IMG/VR virus record: IMGVR_UViG_3300037424_002120
Coordinates: 31,483-95,482 of that record
Origin: a virus
Reading direction: 5' to 3' (one strand)
DNA: 64,000 bases
In this document: positions 36,630 to 46,699 of the stretch, in pieces
How positions within the stretch are numbered: position 1 is the stretch's first letter
Layout: every line of letters starts with the position of its first letter
Program-made: the position numbers and the translations under genes
The notes under the pieces: generated by a model
The model's database searches: none
Seen by the model: only the letters and a program-made list of their open reading frames with translations
Told to the model about the DNA's origin: nothing

Positions 36630-37067
36630 GTGATATACAGTAACGAGACACTAAAGACTGAAAACTACAAAGGATATGACATCAACATCAAATGGTCAGA
36701 GCATAATAACGCATATTGTGTTATTCTACCTGCTTGGAAGGACGATGTTATTATGCCATGCGCGTATGGTCATACCATTGAGGGAGCGATCGAAAACGGT
36801 AAACTGATAGTTGATATACTTATTGAGGCGATAGAGGATGACAAAGAGGAGCAGCAAATGGAATACTTTAGCACATTATGCGATGAGCCAGGATGCAAAG
36901 AAGAAGAGAAGCATATGTGTATACTATGCAATGACAGTATATGCAACAAGCATTCACACTTCGTAGGCAAGGAAGAGTACAATGACTCTCCTGACTACGT
37001 TTGCGACACTTGCTATCAAACGTGCATGTTAGCATGCAAAAACAAACAGGAGAGTACAAATGACTAA
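36630..37067 (+). CDS. HicB-like domain + Zn finger
   Basis: IKWSEHNNAYCVILP..AYGHTIEGAIEN; C-term CDEPGC..CILC..CNKH..CDTC. Confidence 0.7.
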   Translation: MIYSNETLKTENYKGYDINIKWSEHNNAYCVILPAWKDDVIMPCAYGHTIEGAIENGKLIVDILIEAIEDDKEEQQMEYFSTLCDEPGCKEEEKHMCILCNDSICNKHSHFVGKEEYNDSPDYVCDTCYQTCMLACKNKQESTND

Positions 37068-38211
37068 CGAGCACAAAAACACTCATCAGCAGCTAGAAGA
37101 CGACAAGCGAAAAAATCCAGATATTGCAGAGGCTTTGTATGCATTGCAAGAAGTACAAGCAATATATCGAGAAACAATAATCATTATGAGAGAAGCTGAA
37201 ATAGCGTTGCATCACAACAACAGCACAGGAGGCACACAATGAGCAGCACATGTACAATAACATGGCATGACGCTATCAAAGCATCTAATGAATATATAGA
37301 GTTGCTAACGATAAAGCTGCATAGCATGAACTCAGTGGATTGTAAGTTCAAAGAGATGTGGCATCAAAAGCTAGTAGTCGCATTATGCAGACATCAAGAG
37401 ATAGCAGTACTACAAGCACAGGAGAACACAAAATGAGCAATGAACCTACGCAATTTACCGTGGTCTCTGACCACAAGGCTCTGAGGGATTACCAGCGAGG
37501 CAACATCGGACAACCCGAGGGCAAAGATCAATGGTGGCTTCTCTATTGTCTTTCATGCGGTCCAAGCAGTCTTGATTTGGACATGATCGTCAAGCATGAT
37601 GATGGCACGGTCTCGTCCACAAAACCTCTATACTGCCATAGAAACAATTCTATACAGCAATACATGATCGTAAAAAATAAAGTAAGGTTGCTGTAAAAAC
37701 AAAACAGGAGGCACGCAATGACACCAACATGCAATAACGAGTACACGAGCAGTCAGCAAATTGGCATCGAAAGCCCTTGCCATATGGCAAAAACCATGCT
37801 AAGATATATCCATAACATTGAGGAAAGGAGAAAACATGATGGAAGATCAACTTCGAGTCTTTCTCAAAGAACAGGGATGGAACCTCTTTGTTCGCAAGAG
37901 AAAAAACAAAAAGTACTATTATGCTCAGAAGTGGAGACGCGGCGAAATTTACATATCGTCAGTCTCAAAACTAGAAGAGGTAACAGAAGGCCAAGTGCTA
38001 GAGAAGCTAGCCAAGGCCCTATAAAAAAGGCCTCCGTTTGGAGGCAATTGAAAAATGAACATTTAGTAGCATTCAGGTCACCCCCAAGACTTTTGGCGAG
38101 AGGAAGGGATGACCCGAGGGACTCTGTACCCACTTTTAGTATAGCTAAGACATCCAACAAAAGTCAATGGTTGTACAAAAGGTTACGGGTATGCGAGAGG
38201 AAGGTATATCC

Positions 38212-39510
38212 ATGAGCCGACGCCATAGTATTGTAAGACATCAAGCAAATTACTTCTATGTTCCATTAGAAGATGATTTTCTTGCTATGTATGATAAAAT
38301 TGCTAAAGAGTTAGATCCTGAAAAGATACAGCAAGGTAAATCAAAAAGCGCATCTAGCGATTGCAAGGCAATGATTGCCGCTATCCTTGAAGGATGGATG
38401 AATAGTAAGCGATCCTCCGCAAAAGGAGAAGAAGACCTCTACTCTTACTTCTCTATTGACCAGCTAGTACAACAGCTCAGAGGCCGATACAAACGAAGCG
38501 TGATTATCCAGTGCTTGGGAGAAATGGAAGTAGAAGGAACCTACACCGATCCCCAAACAGGTGACACGCACACGGGAACTATCAAGAAGCGCCCATATCT
38601 TCAAAACATGTACGGTTATGTTTTGAATCTACCTGTAGTGCAGACTCTTATAGACGCTTTACCAGAACAATCACCATATGACATAAAAGCGCGACCCATA
38701 CTTGGACGCCCAAAGAAAAGCAGTCCAAAAAAAGACGGTATTATTTCTGAAGAAAGCAGTCCAGAAATAAACGGTTTTAAAATGGATGGTATTCCTGAAG
38801 AGAAAAGCAGTCCAAAAAAAGACGGTATTTCGGTAAAGCAGTCTAAAAACGGACTGATTAACGAGAAAAGCAGTCCAAAAAAAGACACCCCGTTCTATAC
38901 ACAGAATAGTAATACACAGAATAGTAATAACACAGAAGGAACGAACGTAGGCAGTGAGCGCATTCAAGTCACAAAACCCGAACCGGATTCGCTCGCACTT
39001 TCGCTCACTTCTTCTTCTTTGTCTTCTCAAGTAATCCCCAATGTGGAGAAGTTATCCCCAATCGAGAACGTAACTCCAGTTGAAGCACCAGCCTCTACGC
39101 ATTTAGAGCCACCTGTTAGATCAATGGGTGATTACTCTGAAGCGCAGCTCAGGAAACTCTCTGAGATAGAACTGTATGCACTGCTCACTCCCAATCAAAA
39201 AGAGATTCTTGCACGCTGGCGATCGCTCTTCAATGCTCCGATCAAACTTGATGGCAAGTTAGCGCGTGCACTTCATGATTTAGAGCCATACAACCCATCA
39301 GCAGATACGCTAGAGCAAATACGTAAATATTGCTTTACGATCGACCGGGCCACAGACGCATTCCCAAAAGGGTATTACAAAACAAAAGGTGTTAAGTTGT
39401 GGGATGTCGTGGAACATTATGCAGATTGGGTACAGACACAAGAACTAGCAGCACCAGCACCTAAGAAACGAAAAATGACAGATGCAGAAAGAAATGCATT
39501 ACCTTACTAG
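38212..39510 (+). CDS. Phage replication initiator (lambda O-like position, internal iterons)
   Basis: Upstream of DnaB; internal SSPKKDG repeats. Confidence 0.7.
   Translation: MSRRHSIVRHQANYFYVPLEDDFLAMYDKIAKELDPEKIQQGKSKSASSDCKAMIAAILEGWMNSKRSSAKGEEDLYSYFSIDQLVQQLRGRYKRSVIIQCLGEMEVEGTYTDPQTGDTHTGTIKKRPYLQNMYGYVLNLPVVQTLIDALPEQSPYDIKARPILGRPKKSSPKKDGIISEESSPEINGFKMDGIPEEKSSPKKDGISVKQSKNGLINEKSSPKKDTPFYTQNSNTQNSNNTEGTNVGSERIQVTKPEPDSLALSLTSSSLSSQVIPNVEKLSPIENVTPVEAPASTHLEPPVRSMGDYSEAQLRKLSEIELYALLTPNQKEILARWRSLFNAPIKLDGKLARALHDLEPYNPSADTLEQIRKYCFTIDRATDAFPKGYYKTKGVKLWDVVEHYADWVQTQELAAPAPKKRKMTDAERNALPY
38717..38937 (+). repeat. Iteron-like direct repeats, putative origin
   Basis: Five AAAGCAGTC(C/T)A..A..AC units, then ACACAGAATAGTAAT x2. 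Confidence 0.8.
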
Positions 39511-39531
39511 TAGCGGTTACAGGAGAAAGCA

Positions 39532-40878
39532 ATGAAAGAGAAATTACTGGCAAATGTCGAGATAGAAGAGAATATCCTCTCGTGCTTGCTATACTGTCCA
39601 CGAGATGTAAAATATGTAGTAGACACGTTAAGGCCAGAGCACTTCTACCGAGAAAAGCATGCGGTGGTTTATGGGATTATAGTGCGTCTCTATCAGCAAG
39701 GTCGACGCGGTGACGTAGATAACGTGTGGGATGAAATAGAGCGGCAAGATGCCAGTGAAAAGTTAGATTTGGATCGGGGTCTATTAGATAAATGGGCCGA
39801 TTATAGCTGTAATCAGATGGGTGATGTGTGCGACTATGCAGCTATCGTAATTAGGGATGCTACTCATCGTCGATTAGCCCAAGCCGCTGGCGAGATCGCT
39901 GCAAGCGCTTATGCTCGTGATGAAGACGCCGTAGAAAAAGCTGAGAAACTGATCTATGAGATAGCCATTGGTGCCAACTCCGATCGTATTCCGACCTTTG
40001 CAGAGGCGCTTGACAGCTACATGGCCGATCTAGACAAAAGGATTGAAGAGAGGAAGCAAGGCGTGGCAAACGGTCTCCCTACAGGTTTTATGGAGTTAGA
40101 TAAGGTCATAGGCGGTTTGCAACCTGGGACTCTTAATACCCTTGCTGCACTAACAGGCTTTGGTAAAACAGCCTGGGCACTTAATGTAGCCGTCAATATA
40201 ATGCAGCGTGCAAAACGAGTACTATTCTTCAGTTTGGAGATGAGCAGAAACGAGTTAATACAGCGAGTGCTTTCTATGGAGGTGCCCCTCGATCAAACGT
40301 TCTTGCGAGATGCTGAGCTAGAGGGAGAAAATCTCCGCAAGTTGAAAGAAAGAGCACAAGGCTTGCGTGAATGTGACCTCAACATTGATGATCAGACCTT
40401 CCTGCTTTCTAGCATCAAAAGTAAGGCTCGACAAATGCATGCACGCAAGAGCCTTGATCTGATCGTAATCGACTATCTCCAAATGGTTCAAACAGTAGCA
40501 GATGGACGCGCCAAACATGAAACACGAGCAGAAGAAATAGCTAAGCTTAGTCGAGAGATGAAACGCATGGCTAGAGAACTCAACATCCCTATCCTTGTCC
40601 TGGCCCAACTCAATAGAGAAGTTGATAAACGTCAGGTAAAGGAGCCTCAATTGTCGGATATAAATGAAAGTGGCGGCATAGCACGCGATAGTGACACCGT
40701 GATGTTTATATATGCAAATGAGGAAGCGATGGAGAAACGAAAGCAGTGTTTAATTCATGAGGTAACGCTAAAGGTTGCTAAAAGTCGTAATAGTCGATTG
40801 GATGAAGTACAGCTTATATTCAGTCCCCGTATTACGAAATTCAGAAATGAATATAGTGAAGGACAAGAAAATGAGTGA
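39532..40878 (+). CDS. dnaB: Replicative DNA helicase
   Basis: PTGF..LD..GGLQPG, ALTGFGKT, FFSLEM, VIDYLQ, LAQLNR, PQLSD.ESG.I.RDSD. Confidence 0.96.
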   Translation: MKEKLLANVEIEENILSCLLYCPRDVKYVVDTLRPEHFYREKHAVVYGIIVRLYQQGRRGDVDNVWDEIERQDASEKLDLDRGLLDKWADYSCNQMGDVCDYAAIVIRDATHRRLAQAAGEIAASAYARDEDAVEKAEKLIYEIAIGANSDRIPTFAEALDSYMADLDKRIEERKQGVANGLPTGFMELDKVIGGLQPGTLNTLAALTGFGKTAWALNVAVNIMQRAKRVLFFSLEMSRNELIQRVLSMEVPLDQTFLRDAELEGENLRKLKERAQGLRECDLNIDDQTFLLSSIKSKARQMHARKSLDLIVIDYLQMVQTVADGRAKHETRAEEIAKLSREMKRMARELNIPILVLAQLNREVDKRQVKEPQLSDINESGGIARDSDTVMFIYANEEAMEKRKQCLIHEVTLKVAKSRNSRLDEVQLIFSPRITKFRNEYSEGQENE

Positions 40879-41236
40879 ATTAAGGCAAATACTTAAGGAT
40901 GTTGAGAGGCAATTTGGTCTTGACCAGTGCACTGCATGCATCAGGCCTACTCAAATGAAAGATGCACTTGGTTTTCCTTGGTGCGAGGAACACGAGCATC
41001 ATGGGACATTGATTAGTTGGGCATATCGACACAAATATCCCGAGATTAGGTTTCCTACATATCCACTAAAACCTAATGAAGCATACTGGTGTGTGATAGG
41101 ACCTGGAGAGATAGATTGGTGGAACAAGATTATTGGTAGTGCAGCTACTGGTAGTAACAAAGGAGATGAAGAATTGATGTGGACAGCGCTAATATATGTT
41201 GAATATCTGGATAGTACTGAGGAGAAAGCATCATGA
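40871..41236 (+). CDS. Hypothetical protein
   Basis: Coupled to dnaB; CTAC..WCEEH. Confidence 0.55.
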   Translation: MSELRQILKDVERQFGLDQCTACIRPTQMKDALGFPWCEEHEHHGTLISWAYRHKYPEIRFPTYPLKPNEAYWCVIGPGEIDWWNKIIGSAATGSNKGDEELMWTALIYVEYLDSTEEKAS

Positions 41237-41793
41237 TGACCGATGAACAGATCTTATGTTGGGCAGCGAGTATGAAATACATGTATGTCGTTATTGATTC
41301 ATCCTGTTGTATTCGTTACGGCAGGGATCAATGGGAAACAAGATTGCCAGAACTGACAGCTAAGCAGAAGATGACATTGCAGGGCAAGATTGATCGATGT
41401 GAAGCAAGGCTAGCGAAAGAGAGGGCACAATCATGCTAGAACAAACGCACTATAACGTTTACTGTCTATGCATTCATTGCTCGTATCAAACGTTCTTGCA
41501 GATGGCGAAGTCTGCACTCGATCCTGAAGAGTATGAGCGTCGGCAGAAGCAATTCGATGCAATTGAAGAACAAAGAAAATTGAGAGAGTGGAATAGATTA
41601 TCAGAAAGGCAGGGGGCGATATGATCCAAGAATGCAGGAGGTGCGTAAGATGCCGAGAAGAGCTTGATATCTTCGGTTTTTATAGAGAGGCCTTTTACTT
41701 TGAAGAAGAGCTTTTAGGTGAAGGCATCTTCTGTAAGGATGGTGATGATATATGTGATGAATGCGCGAATGAGATAATAATGGAGGAGACATT

Positions 41794-42819
41794 ATGAGCT
41801 ACGCCTACTACAATGAGATTGATGCTTTTTGCTGTAACGTATTGCGAAAGAATATAGATCGTGGATATCTGCCAGGAGGCAAAGTTGATGAAAGAGACAT
41901 CAGAGAAGTACACGCAAGAGACTTTGTGGGATACCAGCACATCCACCTCTTCGCAGGAGTGGGAGGCTTTCCGCTCGGAATGGCCTGTGCAAACTACCCA
42001 AGCAGTATTAGAACCATCACAGGAGGTTTTCCCTGTACGGATATCTCTAATGCAGGAAGACGAGCAGGAATTGAAGGAGAGCAAAGCGGACTCTGGAAAG
42101 AAATGTACCGAATCATCAAAGAAACAATTGATATGTATATGGGACCGGACATTATTTTGCTGGAGAACGTTGCAGCTCTTGTTAACAGGGGGCTTTCAAC
42201 GGTACTTGGGGACCTGGCCCAAATCGGGCTTGATGCACGCTGGCAATGCCTACGGGCTTCAGACTTTGGTGCCCCACACCAACGAGAAAGGATTTTCATC
42301 GTGGCCTACCCCAACGGCAATAGACTGCGGATCTGGCAGGATCAACAAGAGCAATTCAGCGAATGCCCAAGAGAGGCCTACATTGGCATTGATGGCAAGG
42401 AAAGGTCTTTGGCCGACGCCAGCAGCTCAGGACGGCAAAAATGCAACATGCCCGCCATCGCAAGCAACACGAGACACTCTACCAAGCTCAATGTGGAGAA
42501 CTCCGCAAGTAGCAGATGTGAAGAGCAGCAAAATCCAAGCGGGATATACAACCAACCTGTCACATCAAGTCCAAGGCAGTCTCAATCCCGAGTTTGTCGA
42601 GAGCCTGATGGGATATCCGCAGGGCTGGACAGACATCACCGATGGCCTGCAAGACCTGGAGAACCTCAGCACAATTGGGAGCCTCCAAGATGTGTCATCG
42701 GGAAACAACCCGATAGAGCAAAGCGCCTAAAAGCTTTGGGAAACGCAATAGTTCCTCAGTGTGTCGAATACGTAGTAAGATGTGTTCTTGCTACTCTAGA
42801 AAGTGAGAAGGCAATATGA
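41794..42819 (+). CDS. C5 cytosine DNA methyltransferase, large chain (no motif IX)
   Basis: LFAGVGGF, GGFPC, LENV, HQRERIFIV, ALGNAIVP. Confidence 0.9.
   Translation: MSYAYYNEIDAFCCNVLRKNIDRGYLPGGKVDERDIREVHARDFVGYQHIHLFAGVGGFPLGMACANYPSSIRTITGGFPCTDISNAGRRAGIEGEQSGLWKEMYRIIKETIDMYMGPDIILLENVAALVNRGLSTVLGDLAQIGLDARWQCLRASDFGAPHQRERIFIVAYPNGNRLRIWQDQQEQFSECPREAYIGIDGKERSLADASSSGRQKCNMPAIASNTRHSTKLNVENSASSRCEEQQNPSGIYNQPVTSSPRQSQSRVCREPDGISAGLDRHHRWPARPGEPQHNWEPPRCVIGKQPDRAKRLKALGNAIVPQCVEYVVRCVLATLESEKAI
41861..42730 (+). CDS. Nested alternative-frame ORF, putative second MTase chain; start uncertain
   Basis: WPTP/WRTP repeats and LNPEFVESLMGYPQGWTD (motif IX-like). Confidence 0.72.
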   Translation: MDICQEAKLMKETSEKYTQETLWDTSTSTSSQEWEAFRSEWPVQTTQAVLEPSQEVFPVRISLMQEDEQELKESKADSGKKCTESSKKQLICIWDRTLFCWRTLQLLLTGGFQRYLGTWPKSGLMHAGNAYGLQTLVPHTNEKGFSSWPTPTAIDCGSGRINKSNSANAQERPTLALMARKGLWPTPAAQDGKNATCPPSQATRDTLPSSMWRTPQVADVKSSKIQAGYTTNLSHQVQGSLNPEFVESLMGYPQGWTDITDGLQDLENLSTIGSLQDVSSGNNPIEQSA

Positions 42820-44045
42820 GCACAATGATTGCAACACGCCGTGTATATCCAATAGGCTATAGCGCACTTGGAGCACAGGAGCGCATCGATGCGTTGCTGC
42901 AAGAGCCAAAGACGCTCTTAATCGATACGAGGATTAAGCCATGGTCGTGGAATGAGATCTGGCGCAAGGAAGAGCTAGAGCAGAAATACGGCGAGAAGTA
43001 CCGCTGGGCAGGGCGATATCTGGGAAACCTGGGGAAGGATGACGGCTATATTGAGATAGCTGATCCGATTGTTGGCATCAAAGGTTTGATCAAGTATCTC
43101 AGTGATGGCTATGAACTCATCCTACTTTGCAAATGTCGTGAATATAAAAATTGTCATCGAAGCGAGATCGTTCGTCTGCTCACTAAGCAATGCCATGTAG
43201 ATGTCATTCACTGGAAACCAGCAGAGCAAGAAGTTGCCTCGGTAACAAAAAGCGGTCAACAGGCCGCTGAAATTGTCGAGGCCTCTGCTGACGTTCCTGG
43301 TGGCATTCAGGATACAATACCATGCTTGAGCATCAGACAGCCTTGGGCATGGCTCATCGCCAATGGTTTTAAAAATATCGAAAATAGGGACTGGACAACG
43401 GGCTATAGAGGTCCGTTGCTCATCCACGCTGGCAAGGCTGTTGATAACGATTGTTTCACAGGCAAAGAGATTAATTTCGATTTCTTCGAACAATTCGGAG
43501 ATGAAGTTGTTGATGCCTTGCCAAGATATAAGAAAGATTATGATCTTGGTTGCATCGTCGGTCAAGCAAATTTAGTTGATGTGGTAACAGACAGTGATAG
43601 TCAGTGGGTTTGCGGCAAGTACGGTTTTATCTTAGAGAATGCTCTGTCCATCAATCCTATCCCGTATCCAGGCAAACTTAAACTCTTTGATGTTCCCAAG
43701 GATATGATTTCTAATCAATCAGCAGAGCAAGAAACCGTCTTGGCAGCAGAAACTGATGAGTTGCTTATTGAGACAGCAGATCGCCCTGGCGATGATCCTA
43801 GTGCGACTACGGGGCATTGCATAGTTTGCAGCAAGACTGCTACACTGAAATCTCCTTCCGGTCGTCCAGAAGGCATATACTGCGAACAACATGGCTACTG
43901 CCCACGATGTAAATCAAGCATTGAGGAGTTTGTGAAATACCCATATGGTGGCTTTTACGTCTGTCCCTGTGCTGTCGGTACTGTCACGCGAATAGAGCAA
44001 AAACAAGAGTTGAAGCAAGCCAAGCCTGTAACGTTTGGCTTTTAA
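42816..44045 (+). CDS. DUF488-like + ASCH domain + Zn-finger fusion
   Basis: YPIGYS..LIDTR..LLCKC..CHRS; LSIRQPWAWLIANG.KNIENR.W..YRGPLLIHAG. Confidence 0.8.
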   Translation: MSTMIATRRVYPIGYSALGAQERIDALLQEPKTLLIDTRIKPWSWNEIWRKEELEQKYGEKYRWAGRYLGNLGKDDGYIEIADPIVGIKGLIKYLSDGYELILLCKCREYKNCHRSEIVRLLTKQCHVDVIHWKPAEQEVASVTKSGQQAAEIVEASADVPGGIQDTIPCLSIRQPWAWLIANGFKNIENRDWTTGYRGPLLIHAGKAVDNDCFTGKEINFDFFEQFGDEVVDALPRYKKDYDLGCIVGQANLVDVVTDSDSQWVCGKYGFILENALSINPIPYPGKLKLFDVPKDMISNQSAEQETVLAAETDELLIETADRPGDDPSATTGHCIVCSKTATLKSPSGRPEGIYCEQHGYCPRCKSSIEEFVKYPYGGFYVCPCAVGTVTRIEQKQELKQAKPVTFGF

Positions 44046-44103
44046 AACATCCACAAGTGTACGAATAACACAATACCTTTCGTACACTCGTACTGGAGGT
44101 ATT

Positions 44104-44688
44104 GTGTTATCAGACAAACGCATCCTCGAAGAGATGCAAAACGGCAATATCGTCATTGAGCCCTTTGATGAGCGTCAATTGGGCACTAATAGCTATGATT
44201 GTCGTCTTGGAGAGTGGTATTTCAGAGGCGACTATTCAGTGAAGTCTATGAGAATAGACGATCCTGAGCACATGAAAAATTATTGGGGTAAACCGATAGA
44301 CGCCATAAAAGAGGATGATGGCTTGATCTTTATCTTGCCAGGAACAACGATCCTTGCACATACTCAGGAGATCATTGGCGGACGCAATGGCTTCTTAGGT
44401 AAAATGTATTGCCGTAGCACTATTGCCCGCTCTGGGCTTTCCGTTTGTAAATGTGCTGGATTGGGTGATGTAGGCTATGTTGGACGCTGGACCATGGAAA
44501 TAAGCAACTTTACCCAATCGTGCATCTGGATACCCGTAAATTACCGTATTTGTCAAATTGCTTTTTTTGAAGTAGGGGAAACATTCAAAGACTATAATGG
44601 CAAATATGGACAAGGTCTGTGGACACCCGAGGATATGGTACCAAAGCTTGGCAAAGATTGGGACAGAAAAGAGGTGCAAGATGCCTAA
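44104..44688 (+). CDS. dcd: dCTP deaminase
   Basis: LSDKRI, NSYDCRLG, RSTIARSGL, GDVGYVGRWTMEI, RICQIAF, YNGKY. Confidence 0.92.
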   Translation: MLSDKRILEEMQNGNIVIEPFDERQLGTNSYDCRLGEWYFRGDYSVKSMRIDDPEHMKNYWGKPIDAIKEDDGLIFILPGTTILAHTQEIIGGRNGFLGKMYCRSTIARSGLSVCKCAGLGDVGYVGRWTMEISNFTQSCIWIPVNYRICQIAFFEVGETFKDYNGKYGQGLWTPEDMVPKLGKDWDRKEVQDA

Positions 44689-45046
44689 ACAGGAAATATG
44701 GAGAGTATTATCAGGTGGCGATTATGAGATTGATTATGCTTATATGTGGGATGACAATGCTCCATCAGATGAAATTGAAAAGCATGCTGTTTTGAGCTTG
44801 GAACAAATCGCTGATTTCTGTGATAGAAATGCTGAAGGACGCAACAATCACATTTTTTGCGGTTCTCATCGCATTCTCGCAGCATTTCTGCACAGAAAGC
44901 TTGGCAGGTCACAAGCAACAAGGCTCATGCGAGAGATCGCTGAGTATGGCGGTCTTGACGGTATGTCAGGAGCAGGCGGTGAAGCCGATGCTTTCGCAGA
45001 TTTTGGCATAAAAGACTGTTGGAAGGATTGGAAACTCGATGATTGA
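44681..45046 (+). CDS. Hypothetical protein
   Basis: AGAGGT RBS, coupled to dcd. Confidence 0.55.
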   Translation: MPKQEIWRVLSGGDYEIDYAYMWDDNAPSDEIEKHAVLSLEQIADFCDRNAEGRNNHIFCGSHRILAAFLHRKLGRSQATRLMREIAEYGGLDGMSGAGGEADAFADFGIKDCWKDWKLDD

Positions 45047-45272
45047 AGAAGAGCAGAAAAGACAGGTGGAAGTTCCTCCAAGTAGCGATCACTATAAAAA
45101 GCTTGCAATAGAGCCATTGGAAGTCATCCTAGCTAATAACTACGGCTTTCTCAAAGGCAATGCTCTCAAGTATCTGATGCGTGAAGAGCATAAAGGCGGC
45201 GTAGACGATTTGAAGAAAGCAATATGGTATATTGAGCGCATTATCGATGAGAGAGAACGCGGTGATAGCTGA
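45039..45272 (+). CDS. DUF3310 (T7 gp1.7-like) protein
   Basis: DHY..IEP..FLKGNALKYL.R..HKGGVDDLKKAIWY. Confidence 0.88.
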   Translation: MIEEEQKRQVEVPPSSDHYKKLAIEPLEVILANNYGFLKGNALKYLMREEHKGGVDDLKKAIWYIERIIDERERGDS

Positions 45273-45524
45273 GATTGCAAGAAGGGCAGAACAACAGTGG
45301 CACGTTCCGAATGCCGTGCATGCATGCACATCTTTAGCAGCATAGGCGCTTTTAATATGCATCGTGATATACGATGGAAACAAATACATTGAGCATGTAA
45401 AACATACAAGATGCTGTTTATCACAAGTGGAGATGAAAGACAAAGGGATGATCGAAAATGAGCGAGGCATCTGGACAACAGGCACATTTGACGCCTCAAT
45501 ATTCAAAAAGAAAGAAAGTGAACA

Positions 45525-46364
45525 ATGAGCAACCCAACTGTTTTTATTACATCACAAGGCACACGTTACCTCAAAGAGCCTGGCGTCGTGTTGCTATCAA
45601 AGCCGTTTGTGGATCTTTCAGGTATGGCGGCTTTTCTAGATGATCTCGACTTTGGCGACTATCTCAACGATCCGACCGAGCTTCCCAGTGGCACTCAACT
45701 CTGCAAAACTGCTGGTCAACTCTGCTATATGTCATTCGGAGAGAAGAGAACAAAGAATATTGATGCTGAGAAGTATTTCAATAATATCATCTCTTCAGGC
45801 CATCATTCAGTCCTAGAACATGCAAATTACACATTCATGCTCTATGGCGTTTCTAGAAGTCTTACACATGAGTTGGTAAGGCATCGGATGTTTTCATACT
45901 CACAAGTGTCACAGCGTTATATTTCAGGCAAAATGCTGCGATTTGTTGAAAGGCCAGAATATCAGAACGATGAAATGTTACACAAGATATTCGAGGATAG
46001 GATTGATCGCGTTTCCTCTGAATATGCATCTCTTGCATATGGTCTCTTATTGAGGCAAGAGGCAGGAGAGGATATTCTGAGTGCTGAACTTAAAACCGAT
46101 CGGAGAAAGAAGGTCAATCAAGCCGCTCGTTCTTGCCTCCCGAATGAAACAGAGGCACCTATCGTGATGACAGGCAACATACGAGCTTGGAGACACTTTC
46201 TAGAGATGAGAGCAAGTGAGCATGCAGAGACAGAAATACGAGCAGTAGCCATGAAAGTATTTCTGTCTCTGCATGCCACTGAACCAATCCTATTTGCTGA
46301 TTACGAGGTCGTGTACCTTGCAGATGCCACTGAAGCAGTTAGAACAAAGTACCGCAAAGTGTGA
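45525..46364 (+). CDS. thyX: Flavin-dependent thymidylate synthase
   Basis: GHHSVLEH, SRSLTHELVRHRMFSYSQVSQRY, ARSCLP, NIRAWRHF, AETEIR. Confidence 0.97.
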   Translation: MSNPTVFITSQGTRYLKEPGVVLLSKPFVDLSGMAAFLDDLDFGDYLNDPTELPSGTQLCKTAGQLCYMSFGEKRTKNIDAEKYFNNIISSGHHSVLEHANYTFMLYGVSRSLTHELVRHRMFSYSQVSQRYISGKMLRFVERPEYQNDEMLHKIFEDRIDRVSSEYASLAYGLLLRQEAGEDILSAELKTDRRKKVNQAARSCLPNETEAPIVMTGNIRAWRHFLEMRASEHAETEIRAVAMKVFLSLHATEPILFADYEVVYLADATEAVRTKYRKV

Positions 46365-46495
46365 TCGAACCGTTTGCGCAATGTCTGCACAACCAGTTGA
46401 CAACTAACACAACTGTATGTTACTCTTCTTGCATAGAGAGGCAATTGTGCCTCGCAATTCAATTCAATTCAATTCAGAAGAAAGCAGGGCTTGTT

Positions 46496-46699
46496 ATGAC
46501 ACAAACATCTATTGATCTCTTAACCGTTCACGAAGTAGCACAAAGCCTCAGAGTTGACGATACAACAGTACGGCGTTGGATCAAAAATGGTGTATTAGCG
46601 GCAATAGCGTTGCCTCACAGAAATACTCGACAGGCTTATCGAGTAAAAAGCGATACACTTAACGAGCTACTTACGGCCACCACAGTAACCACTGTCTAG
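46496..46699 (+). CDS. HTH_17/excisionase-like protein
   Basis: LLTVHEVAQSLRVDDTTVRRWIKNGVL. Confidence 0.88.
   Translation: MTQTSIDLLTVHEVAQSLRVDDTTVRRWIKNGVLAAIALPHRNTRQAYRVKSDTLNELLTATTVTTV

Noticed and set aside
37718-38215. 165-aa ORF
   Set aside because: Overlaps a better-supported short gene with an RBS and runs through an intergenic region; no motifs.
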